64,000 nucleotides of DNA, taken from positions 12,794,101 through 12,858,100 of the forward strand of contig NC_092677.1 of assembly GCF_964355755.1 (NCBI RefSeq). Direction: 5' to 3'. The translations under genes and the position numbers were made by a program. The notes beneath the pieces were generated by a model. The model saw nothing but the letters and a program-made list of their open reading frames with translations. It made no database searches and was not told the DNA's origin. Every line of letters begins with the position of its first letter. Position 1 is the stretch's first letter. The stretch is from Antedon mediterranea (lineage: Eukaryota > Animalia > Echinodermata). Shown one piece after another: positions 37,501-52,500 of the stretch.

Positions 37501-40500
37501 ATCAAACAAATAGATATCTTCATGTTTACATTTCTTACCTTTTTGTCCAATCAGTGCTACAGCAATGTAATAATGTGAGAGAGCCTTGAAGTGTTGTGAC
37601 TTCACCAGCACCATTGAGATCCATGCATATGGTATATAATCTTTAACTTGTGTATGCATCATAGCCTTGTGAACATTACTGTATGATGTTGAAACCTGTA
37701 AAAGGCAATGTGCAAGATTTTGAATGATACAAACGTTATAGTTGAAAGGTTTTTCCTGAATTTGTTTTTGCTTTTCATGTTGTTATTTATGTATAACAAT
37801 CTTTCTAATTCCATTCAAGATTCACCTTTTATCAAGGTTTTCAAAACCCTTTCAAAAACACATCTTTTTAGTTCTTTGTAATTAAGCGCTTTGGGACAAT
37901 CTGTTGATTGTTATAAGCGCTGTATAAATTTTACAACATTAACATTATAAAGGTTGCTATTAATAATATGTAAAGCTCTGTCTACACTATCAAACTTCAT
38001 GTGACAAAAAATGTGACGTCAAACTAGTCTGATAGTTGTAGACAGAGCTTAAGTATTTGAATATGAATCTTGTCAATGATATGACCTGTGAAAATAAACC
38101 CTGTTTAATCGTACCTTAGCTGCCTCTTTTGCAACTTCTATACAAGTCTGGACCTCACAGTCAACTCCACCAAGCACTCTTCTCTCAAATACAGCTTCCT
38201 GAACTTGACCCTATCAATAAAAGAACACAGATGTCACATTTCAAAAATAATAATAAAAATATATGTATGTCTTTATTTTGCTTGCCAGCTTAACAAACAT
38301 GAAGTATTGTACTGAAACTCTCACTCATTCTAAATTATTGTCAGATTTCTAGAAGAGGTCAGAGGGCAGAAGGACAGTGGCGTAACGGCTATAAGCACTC
38401 ACTAGCTAAACCCAGGGCCACAAAGCTTAAAATTCCCAAGCATGAGAAGTCCCATTGAAACTACCTAGCATGGGAGTGCCCTTTAGAAGTACTAAACCAG
38501 GGGCGTTTGCCCCTTCCGTTATGCGACTACAGAAGGAAGAAAGAAAAGGCCACTATGAAGAGCTTGCAGTTTACGCCTAACTGACGTTTTCCGGTCGTCC
38601 TTTGGATGTAGAAGCCACCAAGACTTTGTCAGGGAATACAGTGAGAAAGCACTTCCCAATTGAATTTACAAAACATAACTTGTTCCTAGTTCGTCGCAAA
38701 TAAAAAGCTCCCTATTTTTTTCTAACAAGCAATGCGTTTGACTTACCAGCATAAGATTAACAAACATGTCGAGTACAGGAGCGCTCATGTCCATACTGGG
38801 CGCATGACTGAAGTTCTCTGACAGGTATCGAAAGGCTCCTGCTGCCTTCTCAAAGTACACTACCACTTTATTAATACCTTCAATTTGACTTCGATCCTGA
38901 ATTCAAGAAAAAACAAAACATAATATTAAAATGCTAAATAGATTTATTTGGTTACAGATGTTTTTTTGATTGTTTTTTACTTTGATCTCGAACTCAAGAA
39001 AAAGTTAATATTAAAATGCTAAATAAAATTATTTGGTTACAGACGTTATTTTTTTTTTTGCTTTGATCTCAAACTAAAAAAAAATTAACATAATATTAAA
39101 ATACTAAATTATACTGTAAAACATTTTTGTTTGCAACATGTGTATTTTTTTTGTTTTGTTTATACAGATGAGTAAACAAATCTAATAATAATATATACCA
39201 TGAATATTATTTTCTAAGAAACACTGGTATAAAATTAAACTCTTTCGAATTTAGAAATTTACAATTATTGACACAAAACACAACAAAATAACAAGTCAAT
39301 ATTAGTATGAATATTGTTACCATATGGTTATTATTCTATAAATAAAGTTATTAATATTCTAAAAATTTCATTGTACTTTGCAATCATATAAATATAGTAT
39401 CAAGTACTTAACGTTTCAAAGTAGAAATTTACGTTGTTTACACAAAGGCGATTTTGATTTCATTTCAACTCTTATCAATAATTGTATGTTTATTAATAAC
39501 AGCATTGAAAGAAACCATTTGGGAAATCACAAATTGTCAACACTAAATGAAACGTTGAGCCTTGCCGATTAGTTTTAAACAGCATAGTCAACGGAAATTA
39601 GTTCAATGTAATAAAAACATCAACACATCAATGTGTTACATAAATCACTTAAATACCTATTATTATTATTCACTATAAACAAAAATGTTGTTTTCATTGA
39701 AAGGTGCTAACATTGAGAATTTACTGATGTGTATTGCATCATTCAAAGTTATTTAGCAGATGTCAAACAAATGTTTGAAATTTAGAGGCACGCAGTAATT
39801 GGTTCAAATCGTAAATATGTCAGTATATATACATTCTATTATCAAATGGCTCAAAATGGGAACATTCAAATGTATGATAGTGCACACAATTTAAATCATT
39901 CAATAGATTTCAAGTTAGAGAAAGAATTAGAGTAGAACTTCTATTTACATTATATATTTTTGCTTAATTTAACATCAGTTATTTTCTATATTCCAAATTT
40001 CTTATTTAGATTTTTATTCTCATGTAATTTATTTTATTTGGTGGTTTTTGTTTTTCTTTAACTTTTCTGTTTTCGTTTTATTTTGTGTATTGTATCTGTT
40101 CTGAGGGTCCCAAATGATCAGCAACTGCTGGATGGATCACGCTCATTAAATATCGTTGAAATAAAAAAAAAAATAGTATGGGGACATCCCAAGTATCCAA
40201 TAAACTGTTTCCCCACCCTTCACTTTTCCTGTCAGGATGTCTGGTTTGAAAATAAATTATTGGAAAGCTTTTGAGTGACGATAGAATCATCTATATAAAT
40301 GTTACAACATACAGTAGTCTTTCTTATACCTGTTTTGAGCCTAGTTGTGTGTACAGAGCACCAACGTTGAATAAAACACTTCCTTTCTCAAATGCTACTG
40401 ATCGCTGTACAGAAGGTACGCCAGTCAAGGCATCATACCTGTAACAAACAAATATTATTATTCAATTATACTTTATAGTTTTGAATAATGGATGAGATAT

Positions 40501-43500
40501 AATACAAGATAATATAGGAGATGAATACAAATTCAATTAAAATATAATCAATATTTGTAATAAAAATATAAAATTAATATCAACAAGGTTTAGGAATCTT
40601 ATAATTACTAACAGTAATATTATAACAATAAATAGTAGCCATTCAGTCATAGAGATATTACAGTGAACTAATACTATAATGGTCAGGTTGATTACCTGTA
40701 TTGAAGCTTTTATAAATAATATTAAATACTCTATAGAAAATAGAGATAGATATGTACAGATATAGATTTTATTCATTTAAATCAATGTACAGGTATGAAA
40801 GGCAGAATATTTTATAGTGGTATAACCATAGAAACTATACTGTTCAGTAATTTACTGAAAATTACAGATTAATTGGAGAATCGCAGAAGCCATGTTCTTT
40901 ACGACTAATGGCTCCTAATTTGATATTAATTACTATAAAATAGTTGAATTGACTGGTAAAACTGTATGACATTGAAATATACCAATCAATGTTCGTTCTC
41001 AACAATTACAGTATAACTGTCCACTTTTGTGTACATATTATTACTGTAGTAAGACAAGTATTTTTATTTCTTCGAATATCAAACATTTTGATTTTACAGA
41101 GAGGTTGCAAAAAAATATGAGTTTAGTACTGAACATAGGTCATAGTTCAAGTCTAACAGGTGTAATTGAAATGATAAACCAACCACGTGGCACCAACATG
41201 TTGTCATCCCCAAAGGAATGAAAAGGTGACTTGTGTTACATTGGCTGTAAATATATTGTTTTTATCTGTTTTTAAATGAATGTGACAAAAGTAGACAGTA
41301 GAGATGGTAGGATCTACTGTATAGAATACTGTATTGACAAAGCCTACATTTAAATATTGTCACTTGTACAGTACAACATGATATACTGTACATCCGTACC
41401 GCTAGTATCATGTTTCAGTCCGTCGTAAAGCTTAAAAGCCTTGGTAAACAAACTTTCTGAGAACTATACATTATCTATAGCAATTAATAGTAATTAATAA
41501 ACAAAGAAGATTTAATAAAAATTTATGAGCTATACCAGGATATTTTTTGTTTTGTACTACAAAATAAAATTAGGTCAGTAAAATATACACATTATCAAAA
41601 GATTTGAATTTTCTCAACAGTAATTGTTTTATATAAATAGATTTGTTTTGTTTTGCATAGCAATGATTGTCGAAAACAGTTGCCATGGCGATGTAAACGC
41701 TTCACCAGTATTGGAGTGTCGCTCTAACCTTGGCCACACCGAGCAGATGTTTTTAGAATTTAATTCAGTTGACTTAAAGGATATATATATACATGTAACT
41801 GAATATTTTAAGACCTTACATTTATAGCTGATAATGTATGATAAAAAACTAGTTCAGGTTTTATAGCTTTATGCGATAAAATAGAACGTTTGTCATCCGT
41901 AGAATTATTCTATAGAATCGTTTGAGGAAGAAGTTCTACAATTCTATTCTTTAGAATTTTCAGTAGCATACATAAGATCAGAGATAATTTTTTATACTTG
42001 TACCAAGGGTCTGGTTCTGCTGCATAACGCAAAATTAACAGTTAATTTTTTAATACTGTACTGCAGATTAAAAATAACAAGACCACATTTCTACTCAATT
42101 TGTGCTCCGAAATAACCAGTTAAATCAGTGGGTCGTCGACAAAAGTCGTTAAAATTATCCAAAATGCAATTGTCCCTGGTGGTTAATTCAAACGTTCCTG
42201 TAGTGTAGTTTACTCTGGGTCAGCGGCTGTCAATCAAATAACCGTTATTTTGTGTTGCAGCTAAAAGTTGCCCAGCGATAACGGGTTAAATGGCGTTCTA
42301 ACATTGAATTGAATGTGTGTTTTTAACCGGTTACTACAGTTTTTCCTGTTTCTGCTCCCAATAAAAAATGGAGTTTATTCACACCGATTTTAATCAGTTA
42401 TTTTTATGCAGCAGAAACAGGCCCCATAACATTTTTTTTTCTTGTTTTGTCCTGTACAGTAATTCTGTAATTTGGTTCTGATTCAAAGATTACATGTAAA
42501 TGTACCTCTCTACTTAGTAGTACTGAGTAGGCTATACTGTACATGCAACTGGAAATTCTTTTAAATATCCAATGATCTTTCAAAAATGAAACAAGCCTCA
42601 AGCAAAATATTATCTCACAACAGAGATAAGCGTACAATTACACAATTCTTTCTCTCTTATGTTTTCATTGCGTCCACACATCAACCCTGACTTGGAAGCT
42701 TTTTAATTGAAAACACAATGCTTGAATACATCCATCCACACACGCATTCCATTCTTATTGTATGAAAAGAAAGAAGAACTGTATCTTCAACTATTTGAAT
42801 TATTGTTTGATTTTAATAACCTGGATCAGATACAATCGTTTATGCCAGACCTACCGTGTACTGTACTCTATTGTATTATGTTAAACTGGTTAGAGACACC
42901 GAAACGAAAAGATTATTGTTAATAACCAACAGCTTCACGGTTTGGTTATTTAGGACGTCTCCATGTTTACAATACAATGTAATAAAAATAACTATTTTAT
43001 ATTCCTCTTTCAAATATAAGTAATTGTTAGGGTTTTTATGTTGGATATTACTGCAAGATGATGGCCTTTTATACACAAAAGTTATTTTTAAAGATGTATA
43101 TTGTCCTTAACAAACATGAAAAATGAAGATAATAAAATCAGTCTACAGTTGAAAATACTGTAAATGGTAAAATTGGCTGGCAGTCAATTTGACTATTTTT
43201 TGCTTAAAATTAAATTTTTTCAGGTAAATAATTTGTTTTTCCATCCAATTTTTGGTCAAAGTGGATAACTATTTATGTGACATCAAAATGGCTAATTTAA
43301 TACAAAGAATTATTTTTTCATGGAAATAATTCTTTTTATTGAATATGCTAAACTGTATAGTTTGATTATATCCACATCAAACTGGAGAATCCAATGAGAG
43401 GCTGTGCTGTATTGCTATAAAAAACACTTTAATCTCTAGATAGATAATTTATTCAATAAAACGGAAATTTTAAATCAATAATCTCACAAAAATTAAATTA

Positions 43501-46500
43501 TTAAATTCTATATCTGAGTCATGGCAAAGTACAGTACAACCACACCTACTGTACGGTTTTACATGGAATTGATTAACAGTACTGTAGCAACTGATAAATG
43601 GTATTAATTAAAAGTACTTTATTATTTGATTAACTGGTAGGTTTTCAATTTCGATTTAAAAAAATATTTGTCAAAAAAAAACTGGTATGAATTTGACTAA
43701 GATTTTTTTACTCTATCTTTATTTTGATTATTAATATAGCTGGCACTGTTTTTATTGGATAATATCCTTTTATTGATCAAGGCTAATTAGCATATGAACA
43801 CCTGGATATATGCCAATGGATACTATAAATGAACCGCACACAGGATATTGTCAATAGTTATGTTTTTTGCCATATCGAGTGTTTATCTTTGCAATCATTT
43901 TAATATTTCTATTTTTAAGATTAAATATTGAGAAAACTAATTAGCATAAATTGCTGCTGCCAACTGAATGCCTCAGGTTGGGTGTGGCCAAGTAAACTCA
44001 ATTAAGCGAGCCTGTATAATTATATTCCATACGGATAAATCTTATAACTGGTGACTAATTCATACTGAAAACAATTAATTATCAGTTTGTAATGAACTAG
44101 TAGCAATGTATTAAAGGCGTTTACTGTTTAGAGAAAGTTAGTCACTATCTGTGGTAACCTTGATTGCAAGGAATTCACCTACAACAATATTCCATGTCTA
44201 ATTAATTCCTAAATATAATTATGCAAGAGTCATGTCAGGATCGTTATGTGATTGAGATCTTAAGTCCTGTAGATGTACAGTATGATGGAAATAAAAAAAC
44301 AAATCACTCCTCAGCAGGATCTGAATCTATTTTTAAAATTGATATTATTGTTAATAGGCTCCCAGTCCATTATTCAATGTACAATAACCTATTATTCATT
44401 TGGTCATCAATTAACTCTTTTTTTCTAATTAGTGATTTATGGAATTTGACCTACTGCAGTCCCATAGGCCCTGCTACTGTACGCTGCAAATTGGCGGAGT
44501 GGGATTATACTTGAATTGAATTGCATTGAATTGAATTGAATTGAATAGAATTATACTTGAATTGCATTAACACTAGATATATTACTGTAGTATACTCTAT
44601 GAAATCTTTTCTAAAATTATGATCTAACTTCAGTCAAAATTTGGAAAAAATAAATGAATGATTGAAAATAAAAGTTTGAATTGGGAGCGTCGCTTGATAA
44701 CCTACTAATGAGATATTAGTGATGCCTAAACAATGCAAGTAGTGACAATGATTGATAATGTGATGATGATACAGGTGTGGCAACAATGACATACAAATGA
44801 TGAATAAGAAAGGTAGCAATGGCCACATCTAATGATCGATGACAACGGTGTCAATATGATTCACAGTAAATAGTAGCAAACATTTGTAACATTTTAAAGG
44901 TGAAAACTAAATGTTTAAACTCAATAAATTAGGACAATATCAAGTGACGATGTTACAAAGAAAAAGAATGTTCAGTTTTTATTCCAAAAACATAGATCAT
45001 TGTATTGTTCATTATAAGTTGATTCTGAAATTTGCATTTTGAGAGCAAAAAAACTGATAAAAGATTATTTTAAAAACAAGCCAACTCACCAATGAAAGTA
45101 TATTCCTAAGTGCCTATTTGGTGGGAAAAATCGATGTTCAATGAAATAGAGTTGATTATAATATTCCAATAAAAGTTCAACGCCAGCATCATTACGAGAC
45201 GGCGTCTTGATGGCCTGTACATTAAGAAGAAGTTTAATTGGGTGTCACAAATGTTGCATGAACTCAGATACACAATGTACTTTTATTTTATTCATATATA
45301 ACATTTAGGATGAACTGTTTGTGGACGGTGCTATTATCCGATAGGTGTGCCCAAAGGTTTTTCTTATTTTCGTAATTGTATCCTCTCTTTTGGGAGAGAG
45401 GGCTATTGTCGGTTTATCGAGTTAAGCAGGTACAACATGGGGCCTGTTTCTGCTGCAACTGCTCAAAATACGGTATAAAAATACGGTATAAAATACGGTA
45501 TTTTTTATACCGTATTTTTTAGTACCCCGTTTCTGCTAACAATACTTCTTGGGTGGTCGTGTTAAATTTCATCTTTTTTACCCAAATTGCCATTCATTTA
45601 TTTGGTCGATAATTAAAAGTCGCAATAAAGGAAGTTTTACGTCTCACTTTCAACAGCCTAGCCCTAGTGATAGAGATGTTGTGAGAGCACAGAAAACATC
45701 GTAATGGGGACAATTAATTCGTTCCCTCCCCGAGTTATTGTATTTTGCAATGTTGTATTGCTTTCGCAGGCTCTTCAGCTTTGAGTTTACTTGCTTTGGA
45801 GACAAGTCTATTCCATACTCCTGCTTTATTTTTTTAGAAATGTCTTTATAAATGTGGTTGTCCCTTTTATTAGTTGGCCAGACATTTTAGCTTCCCCACA
45901 CACATTTATTTAGTAAAACTGTGACGTCTTCGCTCCACATTTTCGCCGAATATATCTATACACGTGTGTAAAGCATCTGACAGCGACAGAAAATAAAAAT
46001 ACGAATGTTGACCTTTTGTCATGTAAAAAAAAAATACGGTATTTTTTATTGGCAGCAGAAACGGGTACAAAAAATACGGTATAAATTTGTAAATACCGTA
46101 TTTTATCCACAAATTTTGTGGGGAAAATACGGTATACAAAATACGGTATATTTTTTATGAGCGCAGTTTCTGCTGCCAAAAATATACCGTATATATACGG
46201 TATTCAAAAAATACCGTATAATATACGGTATTTAGTTGGCAGCAGAAACAGGGCCATAGACTGTTCAACAAAACATGAGTTCATAAAAGGTCAAGAATAT
46301 AATGCTAAACTACAGTAATTAGATACAAAATTACATATTGCATTTTGGAAAAATTAAGAGTAAATGCTAATTTGCTTTATAATACAATTTTAAATTTGAG
46401 TTTAATATCTTAAGTTCATTTTGAGGAAATGTGTAAATTATGTGTTATACAAATTATACACTAAAGATGATTTGTCATCTGGCAGATTTATACCCGACAA

Positions 46501-49500
46501 CTGTTACAGTAAAAGCTAGAAGATGAAAGCTCGCGTGCATTGTTAATCCAAATAGGTCTATTATCTTTTATGCCATGCATTTTCAAATGAATAAAATAAG
46601 ACCAATTAGTCATTTGTAGCTATAAAATGGTTTGCTACTTGCATCATATGTTTTATGCAGTAACCACTTTTATACCGATCTATCAAGAGATGTAATAAAT
46701 GATGTGAATAGGGTAATGTCTTGAAAAAGACATTGATACAGTATAACCTCTATGAAGGGGACACCTTTGGGAACTAACTTAGTAAAGGTGTCTCTGAATA
46801 CTATTCAATAGGGGTTGGTGATAATGTTATTAAACATACAGTATTTCCCCTTTTTTGTTTTACAGGAAATTGTCCCCTTGGAGATGGTTTATATTATTAA
46901 AACGTTTATTGTCCTTCGTTTGTTTCACATACATACCTGACGTAGCTGTAAAAAATCACTAATTTCTTTTGAAAATCTCTCATCCTCTTCACTATAATGT
47001 TCTAATATGTAATCCTACAAATAATAAATGCATGGATTAAATTAACATTTCCGAGTTAAAAATTTGGTATAAAAGTTCTTGTTAAATCCCAGATATCGAT
47101 CGAAATGATCTTTACAATATATTCTGAATCTATTATGTTGTAAGATATGAGCTTATTCCACGGTGAGGGTGATATTTAAATGGACTACAACCAATTTAAT
47201 CATTCTATACATTTCACCATTGCTATTTTTAATGAGTACTATTACAGTATCATTGCACTTTTGATTAAATAACATGTACTGTATGTTCACACCTTCAATA
47301 TAAAATACGACATAAGAACAGGAGTAATATATTATCATTGAACAATTTGATTACCTTAAAAGCCTGTTTTACATCAACGTCGTTTGTCTCCTTGAACCCC
47401 AAAGGAATCATGGGTACACTTTGCATAAAGCTATCAGTCTGATATGGTATAACATCGCTGTTGATTTCAGCAAGTTCTTCTTTCAGAAGTTGTAGGTTCG
47501 AGTTGACAAAACTCAATTCTAAGGCTACTTGTTCTTTTAACTTCTTGTTAGATGCAGCTCTGATAAAAGAAACGAAAACGGATATATTCATAATTATTTA
47601 TTTTCACTTTAAAAAAAGGGAATGCATTTACCGGTAATTGATTGTACTGCATACAGCATGTAGTATGTGAAATATTATTACTATATTATAAATCATATTG
47701 TATATATTACATAGCCTATGTAAATACGCGAACGTGATTGGTTGAAACTGCATCACATGACTACCGCTGCGAGGATCGTAAATCGTATATATCCTCGAGA
47801 ACGATGATATTGACTGAGTAATTTTCGCGTAATTATCGTGTCCCCTGTCATTAAACATATACATTCTCGAGTTCGATGATATTGACTGTGTAATTTTCGT
47901 GTGGCAACACTCGCGTTTGCCAATAAATAAACAAAAGTCATCTACTCGATCTTGAACTCGGGTGGAATTGTCACTCCATCGCAAGACAACGCTTCAACCG
48001 CTGCGCCACGGAAGTTGCTTGAAGAAATTAATCATCTAAACTATTTAAACTATGCATACATAGCGCCCTCATTTGTTATTAGTCCTCCCTAAATGTGATG
48101 AAACACCGTTTGTGATTGGTCAATACTCACGGTAGTAACCTAGTAACTAGTACGCGCTGAACATCCGGTGATTCGGCTCCTCGAAGAGAAGAAGACGAAT
48201 TGTTTATTCGGCCTACCTGATTATAATATTATTATTAATAGGCTTATTGATGGAAATTCTCCTGTTAATTTAAACGACCTAGGCCTAAGTGAATATTTTA
48301 TTGCCAAGGAATCATTAATTAGTAATTATCTGTATATTATTCTTCGCAAGGTAAGGTGTCTAGGCAGGCTTGTTTAAATACAATACAAATACTATAATAG
48401 CCTAGAGGCCTAGCCTAGCTTCACCCAACCCAGCAGACTTGTTCTTGGCTATATAATATAACAGATATTGCCTTTTATATCGGTTAAATATAAGATTTGA
48501 CATCCCCGAGGGAATGATATTAAGTTCGAGGGAATGTATATATTTCCCGAAGCGCCAAACCTCTAAGCAGTCAATATCTGTATAATATTGTATTGTGTAT
48601 TGTATTATATTATAATTATATTATAAATACATTTATAAATATTGATTCAATTGCTGACTACATAAAATTAAATGTAAAATTTGAATTGCATATTGCAAAA
48701 ACTGAACAGTTATTTACAACATATACAATTTTGTAAAAGAAATTTTAATTGCGTAATTGCAAAAAACAAAACAGATATTAAACATATATACAATTGTTTA
48801 AATGTTTACATTCAATAATAAATTGGGTTAGAGAAAAAGGACGGGGAGAATAGATTTCCACAAATATTTTGGGAAGTATCCAAAAAACATACCAAAAAGC
48901 TTACTGTAATTTAGTCATGTATAAAATATTATATTGTGGCACTCCCATTAGTCATGCAGCAATGTAAACACAACGCTGCCCACAACAATGCAAAATCCAC
49001 TAATTGTACACAATACAATAAATCTATAGCTAGTCTACAGTAATATGTGGAAACGCAACAATACACACAGTATAGAGAATATAATACTGTAGAATATATA
49101 ATTTTGTATTCACTCTGAAATAGGGGAACGTATCATTTGATACTAAGTCTCGGCATTATGTGGTAGAGTGGACAGTTCCTTTAATGCCGCTTTTTCTCCC
49201 TAGTATTTTCAACCAGGTAGGCCTACTCATTTACAGAATGGACTGGGAATAAGGAATTGATCAGAGTATTTCTACAGTTTACAGTTTTAATGATAGTAAA
49301 ATGTCGTAAACACTTGTTTGTCATTGAAATTTATAGCCAAGATGTATACTGTAAAAGAGAACAGAGGGTTCATAACAAGCTAATTAACTTTAAGATACTG
49401 TATTAATATAGAATGCTTAACGATGCTGATAACTTTCATATTTATTGCAAATGTCAAATTGTTCCTGATAACATTTGAGAAAAACATCAACTAATTAGCT

Positions 49501-52500
49501 TTTCAAATAATAACCTATTAAAACTCTTTGGAGAGTAGAAATTGACATTTTAAAAATGTCATTTTTATGGTTCATAATGTTAAATATGAATTCCACAGTG
49601 TATAGTACTTATATTGATTACAAAAACAGCATATTTTCAAAATGCATGATTGAGCCAAAACTGGCATTTCAACAGAAATAAAGTAAATGTCAAGAAAAAA
49701 GTTTTTTTTTAATGTTTTAATGCAGCACTTTAAAAAAAATTGAAAAAATTCAACAATCAAACAATGTGCAGCGCTTATATTGTATCCAAGTTCAGGTAAA
49801 AATGTACAGTAGCTAGTATAATAATAATAATAATAACTGAAGCTTATATTGCTCATTATGCCAAGCCACAATTTGCTTAACAAAAGAAAAAATAGCGGAA
49901 AGAGAAAAAATAGTTAAAAAGGCGAGTTTTCAGAGCATAATTAAAATAAGTTGTTGAAGTACTGTAGCCTGACAGATAGGGATAGGTAAACGGTTCCAAG
50001 GGCCGACAGAGGCCCAAGAAAAGAAACCCCTAATACTTTGTTGATGGATGGACGGTAGTAAATTTGTTTTGTGTTAAAAATAAACATTTTTCATTATTTG
50101 TTTCACAGGAAAATATCCCAAAAGAAGGATTAATTCTACTATATTTAACATAAAAATACTAAATACAGTAGTATTATAGGCTGCAGTATTCCTTCGGGTT
50201 TTACACCTTAATTATTAATCTTCTAGTTCGATAGGTGATAAAAAACAACTAAAATGTGTGTTTTCAAGTGTTATAATTCACTGTTTACCTATAAAATACA
50301 ATTTCACATGGGAATCGAGGCTTTTTAATTGTAGTTGATTACACATGGATTATTTTCATTAGCATGGTCAAAGATTTGGAAAATGTCAAAAAAATAATCG
50401 TCATTGATACTACAGTATAACATTATGCCTACAGTATACAAGTTTATATTCTTTCACATAATACTATGACTGTAGAATTATTTTATTTAATACTGTTCTG
50501 TTATGAATTATTAGTTAATATAATAGTTGGGGCTAAAATGTTGTCTTATTTTATTGATTTGATTCAGCACAAATTTTCAATTGTAATTTATCCAAGATTC
50601 GTAGAAGATGGTTTTCTAAAAAACTTTATATTCTTTCACACAATAGGACTGTAATATTTTATGTAATATTGTTCAGTTATGAAATATTAATATTAGTTGG
50701 GGCTAAATAAAATATTGTTTTATATTTGATTCAGCACAAGTTTTCAATTGTAATTTTTCTTTAATTTATCCATGGAGGAACTACGGTAGTATATAAATTT
50801 CCTCCATGATTCGTAGAAGATGGTTTTCTAAACAACAAAATAAATTGTGCAACAACACCAGGTAAGTAATCAGCAAAGCACCTGGGAGGTGATTAACTCA
50901 GGTGTTTGATCACCTCTGTCAGAAGGTGTCACTACCCAGGTCTGTTGGAATGTGCTAAGTATTTTCAAATGGTCAGCAAGTAAGGCCCTGTTCAGACCCA
51001 TGGCGTTAGACCGTTTTAGCGTACAACGTTACTATCAAGGTCACGTTACAAACCGCAGAGAAAAAAACGAGGTGTTCAGACCCATAGCGTACGATTATCG
51101 TTACAACGGAAGTACGTCATCCAGGTTGTTTCTAGTTGCATATTCATGTGCTCTTACCCACGTGTTTTCATCATTATTTCCACTGTATATAGGCCTAGAT
51201 CTCAGCCCTACAATTATGACAAAATGTGCCGTAAATAAAACATACCTCAGCATTTATTTAAGAAAAATATAGTAAAGCCAAATTTCTGTTTCTATTGTTT
51301 TTATTTTGTTTGTAGTAAAAAACATTTTCCCCAGGCTCTTGTGTTACGAAAATAAAGCAGGCCTCGTAATGCTAATGATGAAGAAAAAAATGATTGTGAT
51401 TAGTCTATCCAGTCCAGTCAAAGATATATATTCTTTGGTCCAGTCGGTTGAAAATAACCCTTAACTTGCTAATAAAAGGGACACAGCTCCTCTTGTTTGT
51501 TTACTGATTTTTTTAGGAGTTAGGGGGTTTTCAGCATTAAACTTGTCCAGTCTAGTCTGCCTTGTATGAATGAGTGACTTGATGTCCCACGCTAGTTTTT
51601 AGCTTGAATGAAATGCGTGAATGGCTCTAGGCCTAGCTAGGCCTAAAAGCGGATGGGATCGTAGTCCCTATGTTTAAATACAAGGTGCATGTATTTATGT
51701 CATTTGTTAGAAAATATAATGGTAATCAGTTGATAGTAGTTTGTAGCCTTTGTAACAGTTGTATTTGTAGTGTAGTTAGGCCTTATTTATTCTGGCCTTT
51801 TTGTTATTGAAATCATGATCCATCTCACACATTGACGATACAAGATGTCAGCCTAGGTCAAACCTTGTTTCGCGTCATAACAGGAAACGTTCTGATTGGA
51901 TACAACGTTGACTTACAGTAGCGTCGTACGCTAAAACGGTACTATCAACCGTTTTCCACTACAACGCTACAACCGTTGTACGACGCGTTGTACGCTAATC
52001 CCCAACTGTTCAGACACACATTCTTTTAGCGTCGTACGCTAAAACGGTCTAACGCCATGGGTCTGAACAGGGCCTAATACTGTACCTGTATCATGGTATG
52101 TTTTGTATGATTAAAAGATAGGAGAGTAAGAAATAGTACAGTAGGCCTACAATACAATATTGTACTAACTGTATACAAAATATTGAATACGTTTGATATT
52201 TAATTATATGGATATCAACACACATATGCACTATACAACAATACAGAGCTTCTTTCTACTGAACCAATCTTGCGGATACCTGGTAAGCCTTGCCTCTGGC
52301 ACTTAGCCTAATAAATTGTTCAACTTCAAAATTTATAGTCAAACAATCAGTATTATGTAAACATTGTAAAATACTGCAAAGTACTAAATTTTAGTTTGCA
52401 ACCAAATAACTGTGTGACCTGGCCCTGTTTCTGGTGTGAGGAACTGATATTGATAAAAATAGTGTCTATACAAATTACACACCTCCTGTACTATACTTCT

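Noticed and set aside
50466-50830. ~180-bp imperfect tandem duplication, and similar degenerate ctgtccacatg repeats at ~31100-31400
   Set aside because: Ordinary local duplications with no structure suggesting function.
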